Assembly (NCBI RefSeq): GCF_900100765.1
Contig: NZ_FNFO01000003.1
Span: forward strand, 469,348 to 533,347
Source of the DNA: Catalinimonas alkaloidigena
GTDB taxonomy: Bacteria > Bacteroidota > Bacteroidia > Cytophagales > Flexibacteraceae
Direction: 5' to 3'
Length of the DNA: 64,000 bases
Position 1 is the first letter of the stretch, and each line of letters begins with the position of its first letter. The position numbers were made by a program, and so were the translations under genes. The notes below the pieces were generated by a model. That model did not search any database. It worked only from the letters and a program-made list of their open reading frames with translations, and was not told the DNA's origin. Shown in pieces: positions 10,249-19,983 of the stretch.

Positions 10249-10749
10249 ATGCACATGCTTTTGTTTGTTCTGTCCTGGTGGTGGCTGAGTACCACCACGC
10301 CCGTGTCGGCCCACCCTCCGGCCGCGCCTGCGCCCCGGATCATCAAATTTGCGGAATTGGAACGCGTCTTACAGCAGCAGGAAGATACGCTTTACGTCGT
10401 GAACTTCTGGGCAACGTGGTGCGGTCCTTGCATTAAAGAATTACCCGACTTTGAGGCGGCCGCCCGGAAGTATGCCGACCAGAACGTTAAGTTTCTGCTG
10501 GTCAGCCTCGATTTCGCCAACCAATTTGAGAAAAAAGTGATTCCGTTTGTCGAGAAGCGAAAACTTTCTTCTGAAATCGTACTTCTCGACGAACCCGACT
10601 ACAATACCTGGATCGATTCGGTAGAGCCCTCGTGGCAGGGCAGCATTCCGGCCACGTTGATTTTCAATAAAAAAGACGATATTCGGCTGTTCAAAGAGGG
10701 CATGCTGCAACCCGGCGAACTGGAGACCCTGATTGAACAAGCGCTTTAA
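10249..10749 (+). CDS. TlpA-like thioredoxin-family thiol:disulfide oxidoreductase
   Basis: 166 aa with a WCGPC active site (FWATWCGPCIKELP) and a signal/TM N-terminus. Confidence 0.8.
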   Translation: MHMLLFVLSWWWLSTTTPVSAHPPAAPAPRIIKFAELERVLQQQEDTLYVVNFWATWCGPCIKELPDFEAAARKYADQNVKFLLVSLDFANQFEKKVIPFVEKRKLSSEIVLLDEPDYNTWIDSVEPSWQGSIPATLIFNKKDDIRLFKEGMLQPGELETLIEQAL

Positions 10750-10778
10750 TTCCGATCACCTTTAATCTGTTTGCACTC

Positions 10779-11384
10779 ATGAAAAGATTTGCCCTGAGTT
10801 TTCTGCTGGTGATGCTCGTCGCGGTGGCGGCTTTTGCACAAGGCTATGAGGTGGGCGACAAAGCCCGCGATTTTTCGCTCAAGAACGTGGACGGCAAGAT
10901 GGTGTCGATGAAAGGCGATTCGTCAGCCAAAGGTTACATCCTGGCGTTTACGTGCAACTCTTGTCCGTTTGCGCAGGCGTACGAGCAGCGCATCATCGCC
11001 CTGCATCAGAAATACGCTGCCAAAGGCTATCCGGTCATCGCCATCAACCCGAACGATCCGGAAAAACAGCCGAAAGATTCGTTCGAGGCCATGCAGAAAG
11101 TCGCGAAAAGCAAAAGCTATCCGTTTGCATACGTGATGGACAACACGCAGGAAATTGCCCGGGCGTACGGAGCTGTGCGGACACCGCACCTCTTTATCGT
11201 GAAAAAATACGGTAGCGATTACAAAGTGGAGTACATCGGCACGATCGACGACAATGCCAACGATCCGGCGGCGGTCAACAAGAAATACGTGGAAGATGCC
11301 ATGAACAGCATCCTGGCGGGCAACCCCGTGCAGGTGAGCGAAACCAAAGCCATCGGTTGCGGCATCAAGTGGAAAGACGCGTAA
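10779..11384 (+). CDS. Thioredoxin-fold redoxin (AhpC/TSA-like) periplasmic protein
   Basis: 201 aa. Signal peptide and a CxxC motif (FTCNSCPF), typical of redoxins. Confidence 0.75.
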   Translation: MKRFALSFLLVMLVAVAAFAQGYEVGDKARDFSLKNVDGKMVSMKGDSSAKGYILAFTCNSCPFAQAYEQRIIALHQKYAAKGYPVIAINPNDPEKQPKDSFEAMQKVAKSKSYPFAYVMDNTQEIARAYGAVRTPHLFIVKKYGSDYKVEYIGTIDDNANDPAAVNKKYVEDAMNSILAGNPVQVSETKAIGCGIKWKDA

Positions 11385-11406
11385 TCGCCTAACGACATGA
11401 TACCCT

Positions 11407-11440
11407 GAAGCCTTCCTTCGGACCGAGGAAGGCTTTTTTT
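11407..11440. terminator. Bidirectional rho-independent terminator
   Basis: GAAGCCTTCC..GGAAGGCTT hairpin followed by T7, between convergent genes ending at 11384 (+) and 11439 (-). Confidence 0.6.
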
Positions 11441-12473
11441 ATGCGCTTTTCTCCGGCACCAGTTCAAGGGAAACGCTGTCAGGACGCACCGCGAAGCGCG
11501 CGAGTTTGCCACACGGCAACGCCAGGTTACGCCCCACGTGCCCGACCGGAAATCCGAACGCCAGCGGGTAGGTGTATTCGGCCACGGCTTCGGCAATAAT
11601 CTCCTCGTACGACTGCCCAAACGGAACGGCATCCGGTTCGATGTCGGTAAATTGCCCCACTACCAGCCCGGCCAGTTCGGCCAGTTGCCCGGCGCGTTTC
11701 AGTTGCCCGACCAGCCGATCGATACGGTACAGCGATTCCCCGACTTCTTCCAGAAACAGAATCTTGTCGCGCAGCTCCAGTTCCGTCAGAGTCCCCAGGC
11801 TGCAACACACGATGGAAAGCGTCCCGCCGGCCAGCGGCCCTGCCGCCTCGCCCAACCGGTTGAGGGGATGCGGCGGGAGGTGATAGGCAACTGCTTCCCC
11901 AAACAGCACACGCCGCAGACTTTCGAGGGCTTCGGAGGCGCCTTCCTGCCGAAACGAAACGGGCATGGTGGCATGCAGGGCTTGGAAACCCGCCCGATTG
12001 AGCTTGGCCAACAGTACGGTAATGTCACTGAACCCGATGATCCACTTGGGCCGCCGGGCAAAACCGTTCAGGTCCAGAGCGTCGACAATGCGCGTGGTGC
12101 CGTAGCCCCCGCGTGCGCACAGGATCGCCGCTACGTCGGGATCGTCGCAGGCCGTTTGCAGATCGTGAAGGCGTTCGGCGTCGGTGCCCGCGTACTGGTG
12201 GTGCCGCCCCAGCACGTGCTCGCCGTACGAGACGCGCAGCCCCCAGCCTTCTAAAATCGCTGTGGCGTGGTCGACGACCGCCGCTTCGGGCAGCGCCTTG
12301 GCCGGCGAAAGCAGGACGACGCGGTCGCCGGGACGGAGCGGCGCGGGGGCAGACAAAGCAGTAGTTGACAAAACGACGTTCGGGTTAAGGTTAGGAGGTA
12401 AATGTAGAAAAGATCGGGCGCTTGCGCAGGAACGGACCGCGAGGCTAATGCCTAGACACGAAAAACGCACCAC
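11439..12473 (-). CDS. LD-carboxypeptidase (peptidase S66, LdcA-like)
   Basis: 344 aa with an S66-like core (PLRPGDRVVLLSPA...GFSDITVL...). The first roughly 40 residues of the ORF may not be translated, so the start is uncertain. Confidence 0.75.
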   Translation of the reverse strand: MVRFSCLGISLAVRSCASARSFLHLPPNLNPNVVLSTTALSAPAPLRPGDRVVLLSPAKALPEAAVVDHATAILEGWGLRVSYGEHVLGRHHQYAGTDAERLHDLQTACDDPDVAAILCARGGYGTTRIVDALDLNGFARRPKWIIGFSDITVLLAKLNRAGFQALHATMPVSFRQEGASEALESLRRVLFGEAVAYHLPPHPLNRLGEAAGPLAGGTLSIVCCSLGTLTELELRDKILFLEEVGESLYRIDRLVGQLKRAGQLAELAGLVVGQFTDIEPDAVPFGQSYEEIIAEAVAEYTYPLAFGFPVGHVGRNLALPCGKLARFAVRPDSVSLELVPEKSA

Positions 12474-12521
12474 CCGGACGAGGAGCGGTGCGTTTTACAC
12501 GTTGTAATCTCGCTGATTATC

Positions 12522-12737
12522 TTACACTTTCTCCACTTCCTGTTCCAGTTTCAGCACGTGGTCGCCGTCTTCCTGCGCGATAAAAAGCGCTTTGTTGCCG
12601 GACTCGCCTTTGCGGGTAATTTCCTTCCCTTTGATGGTTTTGGTGACTTCCTCGGCATAGGTTTCCACGACTTTGCCCTCGGCGTAGCTACTGCCCCACT
12701 TCCATTTCACATGGGAGCCCTTCTGAATCGTTGCCAT
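12522..12737 (-). CDS. DUF2945 (HVA Tudor-like) small protein
   Basis: 71 aa (MATIQKGSHVKWKWGSSYAEGKVVETY...) with the typical KGxxVxW..G motif. Confidence 0.6.
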   Translation of the reverse strand: MATIQKGSHVKWKWGSSYAEGKVVETYAEEVTKTIKGKEITRKGESGNKALFIAQEDGDHVLKLEQEVEKV

Positions 12738-12949
12738 AGTCGATTTATCAATTCGGTTAAAAAATGTTTCTACTTCATCGGCATTTCTACGTAGAAGAAA
12801 AAAGGCCGGATTTATTACCTTAACTAACCGCAGAACGGCGGGTTGGTTTTAAAAAAGTTGAAAGAGTTGACCTTTCTTGTGTACGTTCTGCCGAAGTCAC
12901 TTCGTTTTTTAACGGACTTCCCATCCACTTCTTTAATTATTGCATCACC

Positions 12950-15460
12950 TTGAAGCTTCGGTCCGCTTACAGACTGTTGGGATACGCGTCAGGCACACTG
13001 GTAGGACTGGTGGTGCTGCTCAGCGTGTTGCTCTGGGTGTTTCAGGACCGGATCATCGCCCGTTTCGTGACCGAAGCAAACCGCTACCTCACGTCCGAGG
13101 TGCATGTGGAGAAAATCGACATTTCGATCTGGAGCAAGTTTCCTCGCATCGCCCTCGATTTTGAGAACGTACTGATCAAAGGCAGCCTGCCCGACGCGCC
13201 CGAACCGCTGGCCAACGTGCGTCATCTGTACTTTACGTTCAGTCCGTTCAGCCTCCTGCGCGGGCACTACGAAGTGGAGCAAGTCTGGCTGGAAGGCGGG
13301 CAGGTCAGCGTCCGCGTCGACCGACAAGGGCAACCGAATTACAACATTTTCAAAACCGATACGACGGCGACCCCGGCCGCCGAACCGGTTCGCTTCAACA
13401 TCAAGCGCATCCAACTAAAAACGGTGCTGGTCGAGTACCTGCTGGAAGGCTCGCAACAGCACCACCGGCTGCTGGCCGAAGAGACCACCGCCCGGTTGAA
13501 TCTCCACGGCAATCAGCTGACGGTCGGCGTCGACGGCGGGCTGCTGGTGCATCAGATCGGAGTGGGCAAGGATATCTATTTCCGGGACAAACCCATGCAG
13601 GTGCAGTCAGAAATTCAGATGGACCTGGACAGTGGCCTTTACCGGGTGATGCCCTCGCGACTCCTGATCGACGGCGCCTCTTTTACGGTGGCCGGGCTGA
13701 TCGAAACCCACGGTGGTGTCTCGCTCGATCTGCACACGGAAGGAGAACGCGCCACGCTGCAAACCCTGACGTCGCTACTGCCGACTTCGATGACGGAGAA
13801 GTTGCGCGTCTACCGCAGTGAAGGCGAAGTGTATTTCGACGGGCGGGTGAAAGGCCACGTCACCGACACGCAAGCGCCGCTGCTCGATTTCCGTTTCGGC
13901 TGTCGCAACGCCTCGTTTTACCACCCGGACCTGAAGCAGCGCGCCACGGGCGTCTATCTGACCGGTTCGTTCACCAACGGAGCGCGGCAGCACCTGGCCA
14001 CCAGCGAATTGCGGCTGTCGGACGTGAAGGGTAATCTGGACGGCAAGCCGTTCACGGCCGATTTTCTGCTGCGCAACTTTGAAGATCCCTACGTCGAAAT
14101 GCGTCTGGACGCAACCCTCGACCTTGCCGCCCTTACGGCCTTCTATCCCGTCGACGAAATCAGGCAGGCCGGCGGCACCCTGGATGCAAACGTGGACTTC
14201 GCCGGGCGGCTGCGCGACCTGAAATCGGGCAAGCGCTCCAAACTGCGGGCCGAGGGTGAGTTGCAGTTCGATCAGGTGCACTTCCGCATGCGCGACAAGC
14301 CGTTGCAGTTTCAGGGCTGGAGCGGTCTGCTGGTAGTGAGCGGTCACGATCTGGCGGTGCAGGAATGCGTCGGGCGCATTGGCCGCAGTGATTTTGCGCT
14401 GGATGGCATTTTCAAAAATGCACTCGCGTTTCTGCTCTACAACGACGTTTCGCTGCACGCCGACGCAAGTTTTCGGTCTACGCTGCTCGATCTGGACGAG
14501 CTGCTGTCGGCTTCCGGACAGGCGGCCGCCGATCCGAAAAGCGGAGCAGAAGAAGAGTACCGCTTCAAAGTGGAGCCGCGCTTCTCGTGTGCGCTCGATT
14601 GCCACATCGAGCGGCTGGTGTTCCGCCGGTTCGACGCGCGGCGCATCGACGGCGACTTGCAGCTGCGCGATCAGGTAGGGCGCATCAACCGCGTGGCAAT
14701 GCAAATTGCCGGTGGGCAGATCAGCAGTTCGGTGGTGATGGACGCCCGCCAGCCGGAGGCCATTGAGGTGCAGGCACGGGGGCGCTTCGAACAGCTTCAC
14801 GCCGACAGTCTGTTCTACGTTTTCGAGAATTTCGGGCAGGACTTTTTGCAGGATCATCACCTGAAAGGAAGAATCACGTCGACCGTCAACGCGTTTCTGG
14901 TCCTGAACAGCCGGTTAGACATCGATACCGAGCGACTGGTGGCCGACGCCGACGTCACAATCCAGGACGGTGAGTTAATCAACTTCAAGCCCATGCAGTC
15001 GCTTTCGGCATTTCTGGACGATCGCCAGTTGGCCCACCTCCGGTTTTCGAAGCTGGAGAACCACCTGCGCATCGACCATAAAACGGTGTACATTCCTGAA
15101 ATGATGATCCGCAACAATGCCATGAGTCTCTCGATTGAAGGCACCCATACGTTCGATCAGGTGATGGATTACCGCATTGGCATTCCGCTGCACGACCTGA
15201 AACGCCCCGACCGCGACGCGATTTACGGCATGGTAGAAGACGACGGACTCCACTCGAATCTTTTCCTGACGCTCAAAGGCACGTCCGATAACTTCAAAGT
15301 AGGGTACGACACCCGGAAGGTGAAGCAGAAGATCAAAGAAGGCCTGAAGCAAGAAGCGAAAGAGTTCCGTGACCTGTTTGGTGGCAAACAGCAGGCCCGG
15401 CAGGCCGAACCCAAAGACACGACGAAAGCCGCAGACGAAGGCGAATTCTTCGATTTTTAG
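12950..15460 (+). CDS. AsmA-family outer-membrane biogenesis protein
   Basis: 836 aa with an N-terminal TM anchor and a long beta-rich repetitive AsmA-like body. The long minus-strand ORF 13775-14860 is antisense. Confidence 0.75.
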   Translation: MKLRSAYRLLGYASGTLVGLVVLLSVLLWVFQDRIIARFVTEANRYLTSEVHVEKIDISIWSKFPRIALDFENVLIKGSLPDAPEPLANVRHLYFTFSPFSLLRGHYEVEQVWLEGGQVSVRVDRQGQPNYNIFKTDTTATPAAEPVRFNIKRIQLKTVLVEYLLEGSQQHHRLLAEETTARLNLHGNQLTVGVDGGLLVHQIGVGKDIYFRDKPMQVQSEIQMDLDSGLYRVMPSRLLIDGASFTVAGLIETHGGVSLDLHTEGERATLQTLTSLLPTSMTEKLRVYRSEGEVYFDGRVKGHVTDTQAPLLDFRFGCRNASFYHPDLKQRATGVYLTGSFTNGARQHLATSELRLSDVKGNLDGKPFTADFLLRNFEDPYVEMRLDATLDLAALTAFYPVDEIRQAGGTLDANVDFAGRLRDLKSGKRSKLRAEGELQFDQVHFRMRDKPLQFQGWSGLLVVSGHDLAVQECVGRIGRSDFALDGIFKNALAFLLYNDVSLHADASFRSTLLDLDELLSASGQAAADPKSGAEEEYRFKVEPRFSCALDCHIERLVFRRFDARRIDGDLQLRDQVGRINRVAMQIAGGQISSSVVMDARQPEAIEVQARGRFEQLHADSLFYVFENFGQDFLQDHHLKGRITSTVNAFLVLNSRLDIDTERLVADADVTIQDGELINFKPMQSLSAFLDDRQLAHLRFSKLENHLRIDHKTVYIPEMMIRNNAMSLSIEGTHTFDQVMDYRIGIPLHDLKRPDRDAIYGMVEDDGLHSNLFLTLKGTSDNFKVGYDTRKVKQKIKEGLKQEAKEFRDLFGGKQQARQAEPKDTTKAADEGEFFDF

Positions 15461-15517
15461 CGAGTGGGCTGAACATCGTCCCCGGAGTGCGGGTTATACA
15501 GGTGAACTTTTTCGCCT

Positions 15518-16567
15518 GTGCAAACGCTCCAACCCCGTTACATTCTGTACACCCCCGACGCCCTCAACCACCGCGGCCAAGCCGTGCTGGAGCGTTACTC
15601 CGACGCCGAGCGCATCGTCATCAAGCAACACAACCGCCTGCCCGACCTGGGCCTGAAACACTTCCGTGCCAAGTCCGATCTGCTGGTGCTGGGCCGGCTC
15701 AAAACCCTCGTCAATAAAGATAACGGCCGCAGTGCCGATTACATCGCGCCGAGCTTAGCAAACGGCTGCTTTGGTGGCTGCACGTACTGCTACGTGGACC
15801 GGAACAAGCCCCTCAACCCGATTACGCTTTTCACCAACACCGAAGAGATTCTGGCCGAGGTCGACCGCCACGCCCTACACCTGCCCTGGCCGCGCGTCCC
15901 GGCGCAAACCGACCCGACGTTTTACGTGTACGACATCGGGTGTAACTCCGACGTCTCGGTCGATGCCCAACTGAGCGACGCCATACGCACCGCCGTCGCG
16001 TTTTTTCGCGCGCACCCGCGGGCCAAAGGCTCGTTTGCGACCAAGTTTGTGAACCGTGACTTGCTCACCTACGATCCGCAGCGCAAAACCCGCATCCGCT
16101 TTACGCTCCTGCCGCCGCACGTCAGCAAACTGGTCGATGTCCGTACCGATCCCGTCGCCGAACGGCTGGCCGCACTCAACGATTTTTACGACGCCGGTTA
16201 CGAAGTCCACGTCAATTTTTCGCCGGTGATTGTTTACGGGAATGCGGACGATCGCCAGGCGTGGCGACACGATTACCGCGCGTTGTTCCGGCAACTAGAC
16301 GCAAGCGTTCGGCCGGAGGTAAAAGCGCAGATGAAGTGCGAAGTCATTTTCCTGACGCACAACGTCGCGCAGCACGCCCTCAATCAGGAAATACATCCGC
16401 AGGGCGAGGCCTTGCTGTGGCGACCGGAGCTTCAGGAGACCAAAACCAGCCAGTACGGTGGAGAGAACCTCCGCTATCGCCACGACCTGAAACGGCAGAT
16501 GATCACGATTTTCCGGGAGCTATTGCAAGACGAGATTCCGTGGTGCGAAGTGCGTTACATTTTTTAA
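15518..16567 (+). CDS. Spore-photoproduct-lyase-family radical SAM protein (SplB-like DNA repair enzyme)
   Basis: 349 aa with a radical-SAM cysteine cluster (CFGGCTYCY) and SPL-family length and layout. Confidence 0.7.
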   Translation: MQTLQPRYILYTPDALNHRGQAVLERYSDAERIVIKQHNRLPDLGLKHFRAKSDLLVLGRLKTLVNKDNGRSADYIAPSLANGCFGGCTYCYVDRNKPLNPITLFTNTEEILAEVDRHALHLPWPRVPAQTDPTFYVYDIGCNSDVSVDAQLSDAIRTAVAFFRAHPRAKGSFATKFVNRDLLTYDPQRKTRIRFTLLPPHVSKLVDVRTDPVAERLAALNDFYDAGYEVHVNFSPVIVYGNADDRQAWRHDYRALFRQLDASVRPEVKAQMKCEVIFLTHNVAQHALNQEIHPQGEALLWRPELQETKTSQYGGENLRYRHDLKRQMITIFRELLQDEIPWCEVRYIF

Positions 16568-16857
16568 GCTTTTCCGAAAGATCGGTAACACCTTCGGTTC
16601 GGGAGAAGTGAGGGCCAAAACCGCTCACGCGCCGTACGTAATCTGTTTCTGTTGGGCGGCTCCTGTGAGGTCTGAACGGCTTTATCCAGCAGGTTCTTCC
16701 TTTGCGGCACGTGGGAAAACCTATGGTCGGCGTCTTTTCTACTCATAGCATCTTCCAAAGAAGGAGTGATAAAATAATTCGTTTTAGTAACTCCTATAAA
16801 CCGTATCCGTTTTTATAACTACAACCAACAGTAGTACCAACTAAGCACTTTTTAATC

Positions 16858-17931
16858 ATGGAAGATAAAAGAAAAAATTATCCCGGATATACACATGGAG
16901 AAGACGAGCTGCGCGCCACAAATGAAGCCCGCACCAACAGCCCTGAGAGCTACGAGGACGGCGGCATGAACGCGCAGGATCTCCAATCAAGCACTTCGGA
17001 TGGGCTAACGGCCAATCAGCCGATGGCCGAAACAGGGCAGTGGAAAACCGCTCCCGATGATTTGAATCCCGCACGACGCGATCAATCAGAAAGCGAATGG
17101 AATGAGCGTACGGACGATTACGCCAGCCGCGAGGACGCGAGCCTGGGTAACCAGCCGGCGCACGGATGGGACGAAACGCGTAACGACGTTAATCCCACAT
17201 CGACCAATCGTCTGGACGACCGGCCGGGCCACGTGGTGGGCGAAGGGTACAATCCAACGATGTCCAATGCCGCCCAGCAAAGCCACTACGCGGAAGTAGC
17301 GCGCGAAGCCAGCCGCGAAGCGTACGAAGCCAAAGATCCGGAGAACACAAATCCGGTGGGCCTTCATACGTCGGCTCATACCGAATTTATTGCGGGGAAT
17401 AACCCGGAGCCGGAGGTATTCTCGGCCATTTTTTACAATGCCGACCGCGCGGAAGATGCATACCGCCAACTGAAAAATCACGGTTACCGTGAGGATGAAA
17501 TCACGGTGGTTATGTCGAAAGACACCCGTGAGCGCCATTACAACGACGACCGTTACCACGATCCGGAAACTGATTTGGGCAATCGTTCGCTCGAAGGTGC
17601 CGGAGCGGGTTCGGCTATTGGGGGTACAATTGGGGCCATCGTCGGTGCCATTGCTGCCGTCGGGACCTCGGTAATTCTGCCGGGTGTCGGTCTGGTGATT
17701 GCCGGACCAATTGCGGCGGGTCTGGCCGGTGCGGGTGCCGGTGGACTGGCGGGTGGCATCATCGGTGCGCTGGCAGGTGCCGGAGTACCAGAAGAAAAAG
17801 CCCAGGTTTACGAGACGGGTATTAAGGAAGAAGGCGGTATTCTGATCAGCTTCAAACCGCACGGTCGCTCCGACGCCGAGCGATTCGAACGTGAGTTCCG
17901 GCAAATTGGGGGTGAGCACATCCACTATTAA
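16858..17931 (+). CDS. General-stress-protein-17M (YflT)-like protein with a long acidic disordered N-terminal region and a C-terminal glycine-zipper membrane segment
   Basis: 357 aa. The N-terminal roughly 190 aa is D/E/N/S/T-rich. A YflT-like core follows (VFSAIFYNADRAEDAYRQLKNHGYREDEITVVMS). Then a GxxxG zipper (GAGAGSAIGGTIGAIVGAIAAVG...AGLAGAGAGGLAGGIIGALAGAG). Confidence 0.5.
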   Translation: MEDKRKNYPGYTHGEDELRATNEARTNSPESYEDGGMNAQDLQSSTSDGLTANQPMAETGQWKTAPDDLNPARRDQSESEWNERTDDYASREDASLGNQPAHGWDETRNDVNPTSTNRLDDRPGHVVGEGYNPTMSNAAQQSHYAEVAREASREAYEAKDPENTNPVGLHTSAHTEFIAGNNPEPEVFSAIFYNADRAEDAYRQLKNHGYREDEITVVMSKDTRERHYNDDRYHDPETDLGNRSLEGAGAGSAIGGTIGAIVGAIAAVGTSVILPGVGLVIAGPIAAGLAGAGAGGLAGGIIGALAGAGVPEEKAQVYETGIKEEGGILISFKPHGRSDAERFEREFRQIGGEHIHY

Positions 17932-17954
17932 TCGACATTCTTTGTTTTATGGAA

Positions 17955-17982
17955 AGGTCGGGTTTGTAACCCGGCCTTTTTT
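17955..17982 (+). terminator. Rho-independent terminator
   Basis: GGTCGGGTT-tgta-AACCCGGCC followed by T7, 25 bp after the stop at 17931. Confidence 0.6.
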
Positions 17983-18230
17983 TATGCCCTTCGCAGAAGG
18001 GGAGTAAAGTAAAAGCGCCGTAGGAACGTCTTCTGGTAAAGAGGGAAAGACTACCGAGGGTAGATCAAAACCCCATTCATCAAACAAGAGCAACACAACT
18101 ATTACAAAAGATAGCAATGCTATTATATCCTCTGCCATTCACATAGCTTTCAAACCGGTCTTCCTGTTCTGATACCGCTATTGAAGTATCGCCTACATTC
18201 TGCTGGAATCTTCGTTAACTTGAGTGAAAT

Positions 18231-18238
18231 TAATTTTG
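18231..18238 (+). promoter_or_regulatory. Bacteroidetes-type -7 promoter element (TAATTTTG) upstream of the 18260 operon
   Basis: TAnnTTTG consensus located 22 bp upstream of the ATG at 18260. Confidence 0.3.
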
Positions 18239-18259
18239 ACATCGTTTTCTGCACGCGCT

Positions 18260-19957
18260 ATGAACGCTCGACTTTTCCATCTTCCGATTCCTCGTTCGCT
18301 GGGCCTGTTGCTGCTGTGCTGCCTGGGTCTGAATCCGGCGGGGTGGGCGCAGCAGGTAGAAACCCTGACGGCGAAACCGCTTTCGCAGGCGATCAAGACG
18401 CCCCTGCGGCCCGTGCCGGAATACCGGTCGGTGCAGTTACCTGTGGTCACCCGGGGCGGCGATCTGGTACCTATTCTGGCCGAAACCGAAGGGCTTTTTG
18501 CACGCCAGAACGCTCAGGTAACGTTGGTGCGCGAAGACGATTTTCGCAAGCAGGTAGAAGCCAGCCTGTCGGGCCGAACGCCGTACGTGCGCGGTACGTT
18601 AGGGATGATCACGGCCGCCGCGGAGGCTTTTCAGGCCCAAGGTGGCGATCTGGTGGTGATTTATCAGCTCACGTGGTCTGCCGGCGGCGATGCCCTGGTG
18701 GTACGGGCCGATTATGACCTGAAAGAGATTAAGACGCTGGCTGCACCGCTGTACGGCCCCGCAATGGACTATTTGCCGCACCTGTGGCAAGACAAGGCGC
18801 TGAAAAGCACCAAGATCCGCTGGGTGGCTGAACCTACGCTGCCCGGTTATGCAACGCCGGGAAAAGTGGTAGACCCAGCTTCGGTATTTCAGGCCGATCC
18901 GACACTCGACGCGGCGCTGTGCCTGTTGCCCGATGCCCTGATGCTGACCTCGAACGGTACAATCGGAACCGGAGCCGAGGGGTCGGTCAAAGGTGCGACG
19001 TTGCTGCAATCGACCCAAGCCGACGCCAAAGTGATTGCGGACGTGTATGCGGTACGGAAAGATTATCTGGAACAACATCCGCAGGAGGTGGCCCGACTGG
19101 TGCAGGCGCTGATGGAAGCCGAAACGCGTTTGGAAGCGTTGGCAAAAACCCCGACCGATCCGGCCTACCGCCGTTTGCTGACCACCACCGCACAGCACTT
19201 GTTCGGCACAGCGCACGCAACGGCCGAGACCGAAGAGTTGTGGAACGGCTACCAGTTTGTCGGTCGTGAAGAGAACCAAACGTTCTTTACAGGGCAGGAT
19301 AGCCTGATAAGTCCGTTTCAACAGCACGTCGTTGCGCTACAGCCGGGCTTGCAGGGATTGGGCGTGGTGGCCAAACCGGTGACGTTGCAGGCTGCTCCCT
19401 GGGAATATACCCGAGACGGCGTTCGGTACGCGGTTCCGGTGGTGGCAACACCAGCGGCCGATACGGTAGCGCGTCAGGACAGCGCCGTTGCTCCGGCAAC
19501 CGCAACGGTCCAGGCGCCCACCCCGAACACGGCAGCGGCTCCGCCCGGCGAGCTGGAAATTTATTTCGCGCCGAACGAACGCACCTCCGACAAAACCTAC
19601 ACGGACGATTTCCGGCAGGTACTGGCCATGACCCGTGCGTTTCGGAACCCGGTCGTCAAGATCGAGGGCCACGCAGATCCGCAAGGCATCCTGAAGGCCA
19701 AAGCCGAAGGCGCTTCGGAGCAGCAGTTGAACACGCTGAAGCAGCGGGCCAAGAACCTTTCGTACGTTCGGGCAGAGCAGATCCGTGCACAATTGCTGGA
19801 CTATGCGCAGACGCAAAATCTGCCCCTCGATCAGGAGCGGGTGGTGGCCATCGGCGAAGGCGTACAGCACCCGAAATACGAGTCGCCGAAAAACGAAGCG
19901 CAGTGGCAAGCCAACCGGCGGGTGGTGTTTCGGGTAGAAGAAGCCGCTGTACAGTAA
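18260..19957 (+). CDS. Periplasmic solute-binding-like domain fused to a C-terminal OmpA-like peptidoglycan-binding domain
   Basis: Real start is probably the ATG at 18260 (MNARLFHLPIPRSLGLLLLCCLGLNPAGWAQQ signal), not 18224. The C-terminal roughly 130 aa are OmpA-C-like (VVKIEGHADPQG...LSYVRAEQIRAQL...NRRVVFRVEE). Confidence 0.6.
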   Translation: MNARLFHLPIPRSLGLLLLCCLGLNPAGWAQQVETLTAKPLSQAIKTPLRPVPEYRSVQLPVVTRGGDLVPILAETEGLFARQNAQVTLVREDDFRKQVEASLSGRTPYVRGTLGMITAAAEAFQAQGGDLVVIYQLTWSAGGDALVVRADYDLKEIKTLAAPLYGPAMDYLPHLWQDKALKSTKIRWVAEPTLPGYATPGKVVDPASVFQADPTLDAALCLLPDALMLTSNGTIGTGAEGSVKGATLLQSTQADAKVIADVYAVRKDYLEQHPQEVARLVQALMEAETRLEALAKTPTDPAYRRLLTTTAQHLFGTAHATAETEELWNGYQFVGREENQTFFTGQDSLISPFQQHVVALQPGLQGLGVVAKPVTLQAAPWEYTRDGVRYAVPVVATPAADTVARQDSAVAPATATVQAPTPNTAAAPPGELEIYFAPNERTSDKTYTDDFRQVLAMTRAFRNPVVKIEGHADPQGILKAKAEGASEQQLNTLKQRAKNLSYVRAEQIRAQLLDYAQTQNLPLDQERVVAIGEGVQHPKYESPKNEAQWQANRRVVFRVEEAAVQ

Positions 19958-19983
19958 CGTGAACCACAAAGCAACGAACGACC

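Noticed and set aside
11219-11632. 137-aa minus-strand ORF crossing the 11407-11440 terminator
   Set aside because: It spans a bidirectional terminator and overlaps two good genes out of frame.
13775-14860. 361-aa minus-strand ORF
   Set aside because: It is antisense to the AsmA-family gene and has no motifs.
16564-16758. 64-aa minus-strand ORF in the 290-bp intergenic region before 16858
   Set aside because: It is Arg-rich with no features, and is more likely a promoter or leader region. It may contain an sRNA, which cannot be judged from sequence alone.
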